This document shows, one piece after another, positions 8,461 to 16,520 of a DNA stretch of 64,000 bases; within the stretch, counting starts at the first letter, position 1; the number at the start of each line of letters is the position of its first letter. Source of the stretch: a virus; the IMG/VR virus record IMGVR_UViG_3300045988_159115, one strand, 5' to 3'. The position numbers and the translations under genes were made by a program. Under the pieces are notes generated by a model. That model did no database searches, was not told the origin of the DNA, and saw only the letters and a list, made by a program, of their open reading frames with translations.

Positions 8461-8962
8461 TAAATATATTATTCCGGACTATAGAGAGAAGGGAATAACT
8501 TATATGAGTTCCAACACTTCTCCTATCAAGCAAGGTCCTGGAGTACATTTCTCGATTGATCAAAGATTCCAAAATGCTGATGTCTATGGTGAGATGTATT
8601 GCATTTTGGTAAATCATGTCCAAATTGCTGGATTCATAAATCCTGTACTAAATTATTTTGGTAATAATAATTTAGTATCGGAAGTGTATATCTACAATCA
8701 TCAATTCTTCGCCTCATTGTCAAAAGCAACCGATCTTTTGCAAAGAATCTACGAGACGTATCAAGCATTTGATAAGCCTCGTAAACTCAATCTGGAATTC
8801 TATCCGGATTTTTTGCATAATCGTTTTATGATAAAACGAAAGTACACGAAGACAAATAGCATGACTCTGGTTTCTTATCAGATTAGTAAAATGAGCCACG
8901 GAAATTTTCAAGTACGAGATTCTATTTTAGAATCAATGGTTGAGGAGGAAAACGATGCCTGA
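8444..8962 (+). CDS. hypothetical protein
   Basis: ATG after a GGGAGGA SD. Overlaps the upstream gene by 17 nt. Confidence 0.65.
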   Translation: MFVSDDKYIIPDYREKGITYMSSNTSPIKQGPGVHFSIDQRFQNADVYGEMYCILVNHVQIAGFINPVLNYFGNNNLVSEVYIYNHQFFASLSKATDLLQRIYETYQAFDKPRKLNLEFYPDFLHNRFMIKRKYTKTNSMTLVSYQISKMSHGNFQVRDSILESMVEEENDA

Positions 8963-9182
8963 TATTAAACTTACTACTCCAGACGGCAACTCCGTATGCA
9001 CTTATGTGACTCCCGAGGAGTATGCAAAACTTGTTGCAGAGCAGAAAGCTGAGGAAATGAAGAAATTTGAGAAGTTGACACAATCCATCGCTCTTGCTGG
9101 AGCACTTGCAAATCCAACTATTACAACATCAAATGAAGCTGCATCATATGCGAAAAAAGCATATGAATGGTATTTCCATTAA
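8955..9182 (+). CDS. hypothetical small protein
   Basis: ATG after a GAGGAGGA SD. Overlaps the upstream gene by 8 nt. Confidence 0.65.
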   Translation: MPDIKLTTPDGNSVCTYVTPEEYAKLVAEQKAEEMKKFEKLTQSIALAGALANPTITTSNEAASYAKKAYEWYFH

Positions 9183-9194
9183 GGAGGAGGAAAA

Positions 9195-9446
9195 ATGATT
9201 CCTAGTGATGAAGTCAATTCAGCTGTTATTAGAGTGCAACAAGAAGCTGCTGTTGCAATTCCTACCACAACTCAGATGCTCAGTGATTTGAATGAAAAGA
9301 TTGATAATCTTATCATTACCGAAATTGCTGTCGCTTTTTTCAATAAATATGTAAAGGCTGATTCTGGTTTGAGTTTTTCTGACATGGAAACTCATATGGG
9401 TACGGCTATTATGTATGCAAAAGAATGCTATGATAAGCGCTTATGA
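9195..9446 (+). CDS. hypothetical small protein
   Basis: AAGGAGGAGG SD. Confidence 0.7.
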   Translation: MIPSDEVNSAVIRVQQEAAVAIPTTTQMLSDLNEKIDNLIITEIAVAFFNKYVKADSGLSFSDMETHMGTAIMYAKECYDKRL

Positions 9447-9451
9447 ATAAA

Positions 9452-9491
9452 AAATCTCCCTGTGAAATCGAAAGAAATCACAGGGAGATTT
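9452..9491 (+). terminator. terminator hairpin
   Basis: AAATCTCCCTGTGA / TCACAGGGAGATTT 14-bp stem directly after stop 9446. Confidence 0.75.
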
Positions 9492-9509
9492 GTATGCTTA
9501 AATTCAAAT

Positions 9510-9566
9510 ACTTCTATATATTCTAAACAAAGTAAATTACTTACTTTGTTTAGAATATATAGAAGT
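9510..9566. repeat. 26-bp perfect inverted repeat (5-nt spacer)
   Basis: ACTTCTATATATTCTAAACAAAGTAA-attac-TTACTTTGTTTAGAATATATAGAAGT in an intergenic region. Confidence 0.9.
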
Positions 9567-9567
9567 C

Positions 9568-9600
9568 ATAATGATGATTGATAACGGCTTTCATCATTAT
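9568..9600. repeat. 10-bp inverted repeat hairpin
   Basis: ATAATGATGA-N13-TCATCATTAT. Confidence 0.7.
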
Positions 9601-9639
9601 TCTATATGGATAATGGGTTGAATTTTTTGGAGGTGAGAG

Positions 9640-10146
9640 ATGTTATTATACCTTCGAACCAGTAAAGGAGACATCAGCACACAAAATACTGGCGATAGAG
9701 CCTACAAGGTCGTTAATGGCACAGAACACTTTACGTGGGCATTCCCAAATTCATTAGAGCCATATGAAATCAGGAGATCACAATCTGAATTTCTAGGCAG
9801 TGATACAGGAGATATGCTTCTCGCTGTAAAAAGAGTAGACAAAAATAGCAATATCACGGAAATGCATATCGGTATTGATGGTTCTTTCTATCAACGATAT
9901 GGTCAAAGAGTTTTGGATGTATCTGATATCAATAGTATCATCGCGTCGGCAGTTGCAAAAGTAGCGTCAACTTATCCATTTCCGGTTGGATATGGATATC
10001 TAACCAACGAAGAGAAGCCAACCTTACCATCGTTTGGCACATTTGAAGTCAAGTATTATGGAAAGGCGATTGGTGTGACCGAGCATACTGCTTTAGGAGG
10101 CATGCAAAATACAGGCCCAATTTACAAAGTAACTCGTACAGCTTAA
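9640..10146 (+). CDS. hypothetical protein, possibly fibre-associated
   Basis: GGAGGTGAGAG SD. Adjacent to the gp53-like fibre-tip gene. No firm motif. Confidence 0.65.
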   Translation: MLLYLRTSKGDISTQNTGDRAYKVVNGTEHFTWAFPNSLEPYEIRRSQSEFLGSDTGDMLLAVKRVDKNSNITEMHIGIDGSFYQRYGQRVLDVSDINSIIASAVAKVASTYPFPVGYGYLTNEEKPTLPSFGTFEVKYYGKAIGVTEHTALGGMQNTGPIYKVTRTA

Positions 10147-10159
10147 GGAGAAAGTAAAA

Positions 10160-10534
10160 ATGAAAGATATATGTATTTCCCTTCCTTCGGGGGGGGGCAA
10201 AATAACAGATATCGAATCTGTAGGTGATACTTTCATTCGATTTAAGAATGGGTATCAAATTTGCTGGGGACTAGAAGTTTCTGGTAATCTAAGTCACGAT
10301 AGTTCTTGTAATGACACTGATGGTGGAACTAAAACCATCGCATTCCCAATTCCATTCAATGTTATTCCAATTATTGCAATTTCTCCAGCTTCTGCAATTA
10401 CATATGGAAGACCACATAATAACATAATAAACCCACCAGCTGCATGGTATCATCATGAATCACCGACTGATTTTATTGCTGAATTATCTTCTGCTGTAAA
10501 ATTTACGTGGATTGCAGTTGGTACTTGGAAATAA
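10160..10534 (+). CDS. tail-fibre tip-like protein (gp53-like C-terminal domain pattern)
   Basis: The pattern NGYQICWG...KTIAFPIPFNVIPIIAIS...SPTDF...FTWIAVGTW matches the common fibre C-terminal pattern (G-x-I-x-WG ... v-x-FP-x-x-F ... wIAIG), by eye. Confidence 0.55.
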   Translation: MKDICISLPSGGGKITDIESVGDTFIRFKNGYQICWGLEVSGNLSHDSSCNDTDGGTKTIAFPIPFNVIPIIAISPASAITYGRPHNNIINPPAAWYHHESPTDFIAELSSAVKFTWIAVGTWK

Positions 10535-10589
10535 AATAGGCACATACGATAGAATTCTTGCCAGAGAACATCTATCGTATGTGCTTTAG

Positions 10590-10673
10590 TGCCGCCAACG
10601 GGACTTGAACCCGTACGCTGTTTCCAGCAAAGGAGCTTAAGGCCCTCGTGCCTGCCAATTACACCACAGCGGC
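10590..10673 (-). tRNA. tRNA-Leu(UAA), class II with long variable arm
   Basis: Reverse complement: GCCGCTG-TG-GTGT..GCAC-G-AGGGC-CTTAAGC-TCCTT-TGCTGGAAACAGCG-T-ACGGG-TTCAAGT-CCCGT-TGGCGGC-A. The T-arm and acceptor pair. The anticodon loop is CT-TAA-GC with one C:T mismatch at 31:39. Confidence 0.75.
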
Positions 10674-10712
10674 TTATGTACTAACTAATAGTTCAGCTAG
10701 TCTTATAAAATG

Positions 10713-10758
10713 ACTCCGAGCAACAGAAAAGAACTTATCAGAATCTGTTACTCGGAGT
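10713..10758 (-). other. hairpin between the two tRNA genes (processing or terminator-like)
   Basis: ACTCCGAGcAACAG-N18-CTGTTaCTCGGAGT, 13 paired positions with one mismatch. Confidence 0.5.
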
Positions 10759-10761
10759 TGA

Positions 10762-10862
10762 TAACACCGGTAGGACTCGAACCTACACCGCTTACTGTCA
10801 TCGTCAGACATCAGCCTAGGGGTGTGGCGTCCCTAGCCGTTTCCCGATTTCGGCACAGTGCT
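10762..10862 (-). tRNA. aberrant 101-nt tRNA-like gene, isotype undetermined
   Basis: Canonical T-arm GTAGG-TTCGAGT-CCTAC. Acceptor AGCACTG/CGGTGTT has 7 bp including 2 G:U. D-arm is CCG-AAATCGGGAAA-CGG. The anticodon arm is CTAGGG-ACGCCACAC-CCCTAG (6-bp stem, 9-nt loop, no U33) and the variable region is ~30 nt. Confidence 0.5.
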
Positions 10863-10909
10863 ATCTCATACCTAATAGTTTAGGGTTTTTGAAAAGAAAA
10901 TCATTTTGC

Positions 10910-10936
10910 CTAACAGTCAGGTTACCTGACTGTTAG
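10910..10936. repeat. 27-nt perfect palindrome
   Basis: CTAACAGTCAGGT-T-ACCTGACTGTTAG, lying between the divergent tRNA cluster (-) and gene 11021 (+). Confidence 0.85.
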
Positions 10937-11020
10937 CACGCAAGCTATACAGTAGAAGGGAATAACTTTGTTAGGATATAAAAATTGTGGTGGGTAGGGA
11001 GGGAGAAGTTAAGACCCAAA

Positions 11021-11503
11021 ATGATTAGAAAAATGATAACGATCAGACTTGGGGATAATAAAGAAGGATTGATTTTCGATACAACTCCAGTCATTGTACA
11101 TATGGTAGAAACCACCCACTCAAATAGCGTATCAAACTCTACTAAAAATAATCCGGAAACACATTCAATTATGGCTGAACTCTCTCGACACACAAATACA
11201 TGGGAAAATATTTCAAACTGTGTCATCTGCAATAGATTGAGTATATTTAATATTGAGAATGCCCAAGCGACTAACGTATATAAACCTGCGTTAGGATTCT
11301 ATGCTTCTGATGACAGGACTTCATATATTAGAAATGATGCAAAATGGTTAACGTCAATGATAGTAAATCATAATACTGCTCAAATCACAACAATAGTCGT
11401 GTCAACACGAAAAGAATTCTATGACACTAATGGAAATATATATCAGCAGCAAATTGACGTTCCTGCAATTAAGAAAGCCTTTGAGAACAAAACTGCTATA
11501 TAA
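11021..11503 (+). CDS. hypothetical protein
   Basis: First ATG downstream of GGGAGGGAG. The track ORF starts at GTG 10985. Confidence 0.6.
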   Translation: MIRKMITIRLGDNKEGLIFDTTPVIVHMVETTHSNSVSNSTKNNPETHSIMAELSRHTNTWENISNCVICNRLSIFNIENAQATNVYKPALGFYASDDRTSYIRNDAKWLTSMIVNHNTAQITTIVVSTRKEFYDTNGNIYQQQIDVPAIKKAFENKTAI

Positions 11504-11510
11504 ATAGAAA

Positions 11511-11549
11511 AAAGAAGACTGGCACCAATCGGATTACCAGTCTTCTTTT
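11511..11549. terminator. bidirectional terminator between convergent genes
   Basis: AAAAGAAGACTGG-N14-CCAGTCTTCTTTT flanked by A- and T-runs. Confidence 0.8.
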
Positions 11550-11553
11550 TTAA

Positions 11554-12099
11554 TTAGCGAATATCAAAGATATCGTTTCGTTTTGTCCAAGGAAGAACTT
11601 TATTGATTTGATAGCAGGTAAGAATATTGCCGTCCTGATCCACTACGTTGTAATAGTCGGACCCATCCGTATACATTCTTCCTGTTGTGGTATTATACTC
11701 ATTGCCAGATTCTTCTATATGAAGGCAATGACGGATGAACTGAAATGCGCTATCTTCGCCGTCGCCAAAATGATAAGAATCTGCATTTGAGAAAAGGTGA
11801 AGAGCACAAGTACTCGAAACGATCTTGAGTGGCTGATACGTAGTCTGAGTAACCACATATCCCTCAAACGGAATATTCTTAGGCTCATCCCCATCAACGG
11901 AGAAGCATACAACATAATCTCGATTGACGAGATAGCCTTCTTCACCAGCCGGAACTCTAGCCTTGCATTTTGCTTCAGCCTCTTCTCTTGTGCGGAAGAA
12001 GAATGGATAAACGAAGAGAGTCAAATGAGCAGGGTCCATAATCTTAGGATTCAGGGTCCCCTCTTTGATTTCTTCATGAATAGGAATATAAAGATTCAT
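11554..12099 (-). CDS. hypothetical protein (small-gene cassette)
   Basis: Start overlaps the upstream stop (ATGA). GAGGT SD. Confidence 0.7.
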   Translation of the reverse strand: MNLYIPIHEEIKEGTLNPKIMDPAHLTLFVYPFFFRTREEAEAKCKARVPAGEEGYLVNRDYVVCFSVDGDEPKNIPFEGYVVTQTTYQPLKIVSSTCALHLFSNADSYHFGDGEDSAFQFIRHCLHIEESGNEYNTTTGRMYTDGSDYYNVVDQDGNILTCYQINKVLPWTKRNDIFDIR

Positions 12100-12572
12100 T
12101 CTTCAACGTACCTCACTTTACTATCAATATCATGAGGAAGATGTACACAGCACATACGAATCTGCAAAGAGAAGTCATCGTTTTTGAAGACCATTCTCTT
12201 TTGCATAGGATAATTATCCACGATCTTCCATCCATTCTTGTCATTCAGATGTGCTAGGAACGCCATGTAACGAATCAGCGTCTCTCCATTTGGAGATGCT
12301 GCTGTTACAAAAAGCTTTGACTTTCTCCCCTCGAATTGGAAATCCTGTGTATAACAGGCCATGATATAGATATCCCTTTCCCAAGGAATTCCAGAGAAGA
12401 GATCAATCTCAATCGGATGAACTTCAACGACTCGATCATCTTCCTCGTATTTCTGTGCCTCAGCCTCAGCACTCTCTTTCGTAAAGTACGCTGTGTGCAC
12501 TGCGTTGACGAGATACGACGGCTTCCCAACTTCTCCGATATCATCTGCGTAGAGGATCACATAGATAACCAT
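12096..12572 (-). CDS. hypothetical protein (small-gene cassette)
   Basis: AAGGATGTGG SD. The N-terminus MVIYVILYADD...YFTKESAEAEAQKY carries the family signature. Confidence 0.7.
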   Translation of the reverse strand: MVIYVILYADDIGEVGKPSYLVNAVHTAYFTKESAEAEAQKYEEDDRVVEVHPIEIDLFSGIPWERDIYIMACYTQDFQFEGRKSKLFVTAASPNGETLIRYMAFLAHLNDKNGWKIVDNYPMQKRMVFKNDDFSLQIRMCCVHLPHDIDSKVRYVEE

Positions 12573-12584
12573 AAAACCACATCC

Positions 12585-12872
12585 TTAAAATACTTTAATG
12601 ATTTCCAGATAGTAAATATTCTTTCCTTTTAAACCATCTGAATTTTCAAAATCGACGTGAAGAGTTTCGCTATTGATTCTTTTCACGTCGAGCTTTTTGC
12701 CGTCATTCCCAACGTATTCTTTGAAGGTCTTCTCCATATCATCAAAATATGAAACAGCATCATCCCCATCAAAGAACCCGTATACAGGGGCAACGTGAAG
12801 AACATCATTGGTCACGGCTTCAATCGTCTTACACATGACGAGGGCAACTGGCGTAATTTTTTCTTCTTCCAT
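12585..12872 (-). CDS. hypothetical protein (small-gene cassette)
   Basis: GGGAG SD. Confidence 0.65.
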   Translation of the reverse strand: MEEEKITPVALVMCKTIEAVTNDVLHVAPVYGFFDGDDAVSYFDDMEKTFKEYVGNDGKKLDVKRINSETLHVDFENSDGLKGKNIYYLEIIKVF

Positions 12873-12875
12873 GGA

Positions 12876-13241
12876 TTATACTCCCGTGCATGAGTGATTG
12901 AAAAGAGGATCGCAAGTATTGCTGAGAATTTTCAAGTCGTCAAATAGATTCGTCCCATTGATTAAATTACGACCCTTGATACGGAACGCGACTCTATAGT
13001 CTTTATTATCCGTTCCAGTCCAACTTGCAAAGATCTGGTTCGTATCATCATTGCACGTGACGTTTGCACCACGCTTGCTAAGTTCTGCAGCAAGTGCACC
13101 AAGGTAAAACGTCGCATAGCAATGTTCTTCAAACGTAAGATCACCGACCATGGCTCCAATGTTCGTAAAGATATCCTTCGTATCTCCATGGTTTGTGACA
13201 CGTAAGTCATACACGATTACATAATAGGTCTTATTCGCCAT
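12876..13241 (-). CDS. hypothetical protein (small-gene cassette)
   Basis: GAGGAGG SD. N-terminus MANKTYYVIVYDL. Confidence 0.7.
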   Translation of the reverse strand: MANKTYYVIVYDLRVTNHGDTKDIFTNIGAMVGDLTFEEHCYATFYLGALAAELSKRGANVTCNDDTNQIFASWTGTDNKDYRVAFRIKGRNLINGTNLFDDLKILSNTCDPLFNHSCTGV

Positions 13242-13707
13242 AGGTCACGTCCTCCTCAGAAGGTTTCTCATTATAGGGATTTTCCGCGTCCGGATTATCC
13301 TCGAAATGCTCTTCTTCCTTTTCAGGTTCATCAGGTTCGTAATCTGCCATCACCGTATTGGTTGCGGCATATGCTTTCACAATATCCTCCATGTTGGACG
13401 GAGTGCCAATGCAAGGTCCGATCCAAGTGGGATGAATCTGCAACCATGCAGCAGTGCCGACTCGCTTCTTCTCATCAAAGTCGAAGATATAGACGGTATT
13501 CTCACCAATGTACTGAAGAGAAATGATGTTATTCTCAGGGTTACTCATAAGGTCATCAAGGCCTTTCTTCATAGCATCCTTCGCCTTGTCATAGGTATCG
13601 ACGAAGGAGACAAGTTTGATATCAGGAGGATCCATCTTGATGTCTTTCGTATCATGGATCAGATCACGGCTCATTGTGCAAAGGGTTACAATGTAGGCTT
13701 CATTCAT
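13231..13707 (-). CDS. hypothetical protein (small-gene cassette)
   Basis: ATG 13707 lies 8 nt after GGAGG (MNEAYIVTLCT...). The track start at 13731 is less well placed. Confidence 0.65.
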   Translation of the reverse strand: MNEAYIVTLCTMSRDLIHDTKDIKMDPPDIKLVSFVDTYDKAKDAMKKGLDDLMSNPENNIISLQYIGENTVYIFDFDEKKRVGTAAWLQIHPTWIGPCIGTPSNMEDIVKAYAATNTVMADYEPDEPEKEEEHFEDNPDAENPYNEKPSEEDVTYGE

Positions 13708-13727
13708 TGTCATTTCCTCCAATAATG

Positions 13728-14105
13728 TCATTCGTTGATTTCTCTTTCAAAGAAGTTTGTGGCTTCTCTACGGCTCAGCTCATGATGATAATGGGCATAA
13801 GTCTTTCCAACATGATAAATCGTAGAAGTTTTATAAGGTTCGCCAATTGTGGAATACCGGGTCATGTTGCAAATTAACATGTTCCCGTGCTCAAGGATCT
13901 GATTATCCCTGGAGATATAGTATTTCTGATTATGATCACCACCTTCATTTTCTCCAGGAGTTAATAAATCCATGCTCTTCTTGATTGATCTGAGCTTCTC
14001 TTTTGCATCAGATCGACTGGTAAATGCATCGTCTTCTACACGCATACTCACAACTTGGTTGTTAATGTACGATGTAACTGCGATGACATACACATCCATT
14101 CCCAT
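13728..14105 (-). CDS. hypothetical protein (small-gene cassette)
   Basis: GGAG SD. MGMDVYVIAVTSY...FTSRSDAKEKLRSI signature. Confidence 0.7.
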   Translation of the reverse strand: MGMDVYVIAVTSYINNQVVSMRVEDDAFTSRSDAKEKLRSIKKSMDLLTPGENEGGDHNQKYYISRDNQILEHGNMLICNMTRYSTIGEPYKTSTIYHVGKTYAHYHHELSRREATNFFEREINE

Positions 14106-14110
14106 AATAT

Positions 14111-14839
14111 TTACTCCAAATAGTCTCTTTGCTTGATCTTGTTAAACCAATAGCAAGAATTCGTTTCTTTCCCATCCGCATCTTTCGATGTAATGAAAAG
14201 ATGAAGAGGGTCAGTACGTTCAACATGGACGAACGTTTCCGGATTCGCTTTAAATGTCTTTTCAAAGCTATCCAGAATATGAGCACACTCTGCTTCGCTT
14301 TCAGTATAAGTGTCTCCAATCGTCTCAGTAACAGGGCCACCCGGTACGGTAACATACTGAGTATACATCCTGATGTACTTTACAGGCTCGAGATCTTTAG
14401 TGATAAGATTGGAAAGAAGATAATCACAAGCCTCGCAAGGTGCTCCAGCATTGATGAGGCGATTGATAAGATCTCTAAGCGATGTAATTTGAATTACCTG
14501 AGCTTCCTTGATTGAAAATGTACGAGAGTCATACGCAACAAATGCAAGGTAGTAATGGTGAATCAGGTACACGTTTATCTTCAGATATGGGCCCTTATCG
14601 AACTGGAACTCTCTTGCAAGATCAACGATAGGCTTAGACCCAGCCCATGGAGCAGGATTCTCACGAAGATAGTGGTCGTTCTTATCAATGTGGTAGTCTT
14701 CGCCATTTTTGATAGAATAAGAAATGTGATTCGTGCAAGAATTGCCGCATTGATAAATGCACTGAAAGAGCTGCTCAAATTCGAATTGGCGAACAGCCTC
14801 ATATGCTTGAGGAGATTCCTCGTTAATAGGTTTAATCAT
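14111..14839 (-). CDS. hypothetical protein
   Basis: AAGGAGGG SD preceded by the TGATATATTAA motif variant (14857-14869). Confidence 0.7.
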   Translation of the reverse strand: MIKPINEESPQAYEAVRQFEFEQLFQCIYQCGNSCTNHISYSIKNGEDYHIDKNDHYLRENPAPWAGSKPIVDLAREFQFDKGPYLKINVYLIHHYYLAFVAYDSRTFSIKEAQVIQITSLRDLINRLINAGAPCEACDYLLSNLITKDLEPVKYIRMYTQYVTVPGGPVTETIGDTYTESEAECAHILDSFEKTFKANPETFVHVERTDPLHLFITSKDADGKETNSCYWFNKIKQRDYLE

Positions 14840-14866
14840 TTCATTAAAGCCCTCCTTTTTAATATA

Positions 14867-15352
14867 TCAAAGATGGAATGTCATCTTACCATTCTTATCC
14901 AAATCAATATTGAAGCAATACCGAACACTCTTTCCGCTGTGATAAGAATTATAGGTTTTCCTCACTCCATAGTATGCAACAACATGAGGAATCTCATTCT
15001 CATCCAGTTCGCACACTACGTGCCCAGACATATTCCGGAGATTCACTGCATTCGGCCACGATATTTCAACCTGCACAAACGTGTAGGTGTCTCTCCGAAA
15101 TTCCTTGCCATCCTGATCACTAAATACAACGGTAAAGTGGTCATTATGACCGATAATGTAACGCTTAATACCCTTTGAAAAAAGCTTCCATTCTTTATCG
15201 GCAGCTTCCATCATGATACGGTTGAAATAGAGTCTTGCTAATGGCATTTTCAGCCAAAAAGTGGAATAGACGAAAGAATACTTCGGAGCATACTTTCCAT
15301 CCAAAGATTCCTTCTTTTTAAAGATTGCATATACGGTTGCAGTAGGAGCCAT
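14867..15352 (-). CDS. hypothetical protein (small-gene cassette)
   Basis: AAAGGA SD. Confidence 0.7.
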   Translation of the reverse strand: MAPTATVYAIFKKKESLDGKYAPKYSFVYSTFWLKMPLARLYFNRIMMEAADKEWKLFSKGIKRYIIGHNDHFTVVFSDQDGKEFRRDTYTFVQVEISWPNAVNLRNMSGHVVCELDENEIPHVVAYYGVRKTYNSYHSGKSVRYCFNIDLDKNGKMTFHL

Positions 15353-15382
15353 TTTGCATCAGTCCTTTCAATATTTGCGTCC

Positions 15383-15667
15383 TTACCAGAGAGAAAATCT
15401 CTTCACAGTGCCAACGCACCAGTGCTTAGTTCTTTTACCATCAGGACTCAGAGTGAACCATTCCTGATGAAAGAAATCATCACTACGATGGTCGTAAGAA
15501 AGATTCTTATTCATGTCTGCAACGGTTTTCAGACGTTCCCTTGCTCTTTCCACTCTCCGATAGTGATCATTCTCGGTATAAGTGATACCGCCATCAAGAC
15601 GAATCTCAATGCCATAGATGTAATCGGGAGCATCTTCACCGGGATCCATAGTCATTTTTCCAGCCAT
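15383..15667 (-). CDS. hypothetical protein (small-gene cassette)
   Basis: GGAAGGAGA SD. Confidence 0.7.
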   Translation of the reverse strand: MAGKMTMDPGEDAPDYIYGIEIRLDGGITYTENDHYRRVERARERLKTVADMNKNLSYDHRSDDFFHQEWFTLSPDGKRTKHWCVGTVKRFSLW

Positions 15668-15960
15668 TTTTCAATATCTCCTTCCAAGTCTACCATTTCA
15701 GAAAATGCGAGTGTGGTTCTTTTAAGCCACTCAGTTCCAGCAACCATCACCGTTTCTTGACGACGAAGCCGAATATTGCTATCATGATCATAATCAATGT
15801 ATACTTTCTCCTTCATGAAATCCGGGTTATATTTCTTATAATACTCGGCTTTCATTTCTTTAAGCCGAGCAATCAAATCTTCTCTTGTAAAATAGATTCG
15901 ATCCAGTTTATTGATTGCTTGGCCGGGCACAATGAATAACGCATATACTTTACGTTTCAT
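15652..15960 (-). CDS. hypothetical protein (small-gene cassette)
   Basis: GGAGGA SD. MKRKVYALFIV...YFTREDLIARLKEM signature. 16-nt overlap with the next gene. Confidence 0.7.
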   Translation of the reverse strand: MKRKVYALFIVPGQAINKLDRIYFTREDLIARLKEMKAEYYKKYNPDFMKEKVYIDYDHDSNIRLRRQETVMVAGTEWLKRTTLAFSEMVDLEGDIEKWLEK

Positions 15961-16264
15961 TTATGGTATCCTCCAGTGGAATCTCTTTAATCATCATATC
16001 AGGAAATTCCGTATTAGATTTCTTTTCACCGTTCTTGTAATTATAAACGGTATAGCACATCATCTTTTCCTCGTCAACGACAGCCTCCATTTCACAGATT
16101 GCCGTTCTTCGAGGATTTTTTGCAATGATTCTTTTCTTCTCTTTATAGAGTTCCTGGATAGCGTTTTCTCGGTGCAGAAAGATTTTATCCAACAGATGAT
16201 CGTAGCTCTTTTCTGCTAACTTAAACGTACAAAATACAGTCATTTTAGCAACACATCCTTTCAT
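15950..16264 (-). CDS. hypothetical protein (first gene of cassette; start uncertain)
   Basis: ORF in the track. An alternative start is M8 (MTVFCTFKL...). Confidence 0.6.
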   Translation of the reverse strand: MKGCVAKMTVFCTFKLAEKSYDHLLDKIFLHRENAIQELYKEKKRIIAKNPRRTAICEMEAVVDEEKMMCYTVYNYKNGEKKSNTEFPDMMIKEIPLEDTINET

Positions 16265-16308
16265 ATTCTATCGTCTCTTAGAAAATGGATATCAAAACAC
16301 TGCCCAAC

Positions 16309-16351
16309 AAAAAAGAAAGGCTGGATCTGTTGTATCCATTTCCAACCTTCC
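16309..16351 (-). terminator. rho-independent terminator (minus strand)
   Basis: The minus-strand RNA GGAAGGUUGG...CCAGCCUUUC forms 10 bp (2 G:U) followed by UUUUUUG. Confidence 0.65.
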
Positions 16352-16361
16352 TTTCCTCCTA

Positions 16362-16520
16362 CTAGATATTCGAGATTAGTCGAACAGGTTCGGATTTTGT
16401 CTTGATGCCATAATGTCGATAGTTAATCGTAGCATCATTAGCATTCTCGACTCTTTGGTATACCTTACCTTCGATGTGGCTATTAATCTCAGCAAGGATA
16501 TCATTGTAGTGAGTAACCAT
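16362..16520 (-). CDS. hypothetical 52-aa protein (below the ORF-track cut-off)
   Basis: AAAGGAGATGGTATTC-ATG. Translates to MVTHYNDILAEINSHIEGKVYQRVENANDATINYRHYGIKTKSEPVRLISNI*. It has its own terminator downstream and a promoter-like motif upstream. Confidence 0.6.
   Translation of the reverse strand: MVTHYNDILAEINSHIEGKVYQRVENANDATINYRHYGIKTKSEPVRLISNI

Noticed and set aside
10590-10673. Reading the first tRNA as an ochre suppressor (anticodon UUA), using the loop CCTTAAG.
   Set aside because: That register gives C33 and an A:C mismatch in the stem. The register CT-TAA-GC has U33 and purine 37, and it fits a class II Leu tRNA.
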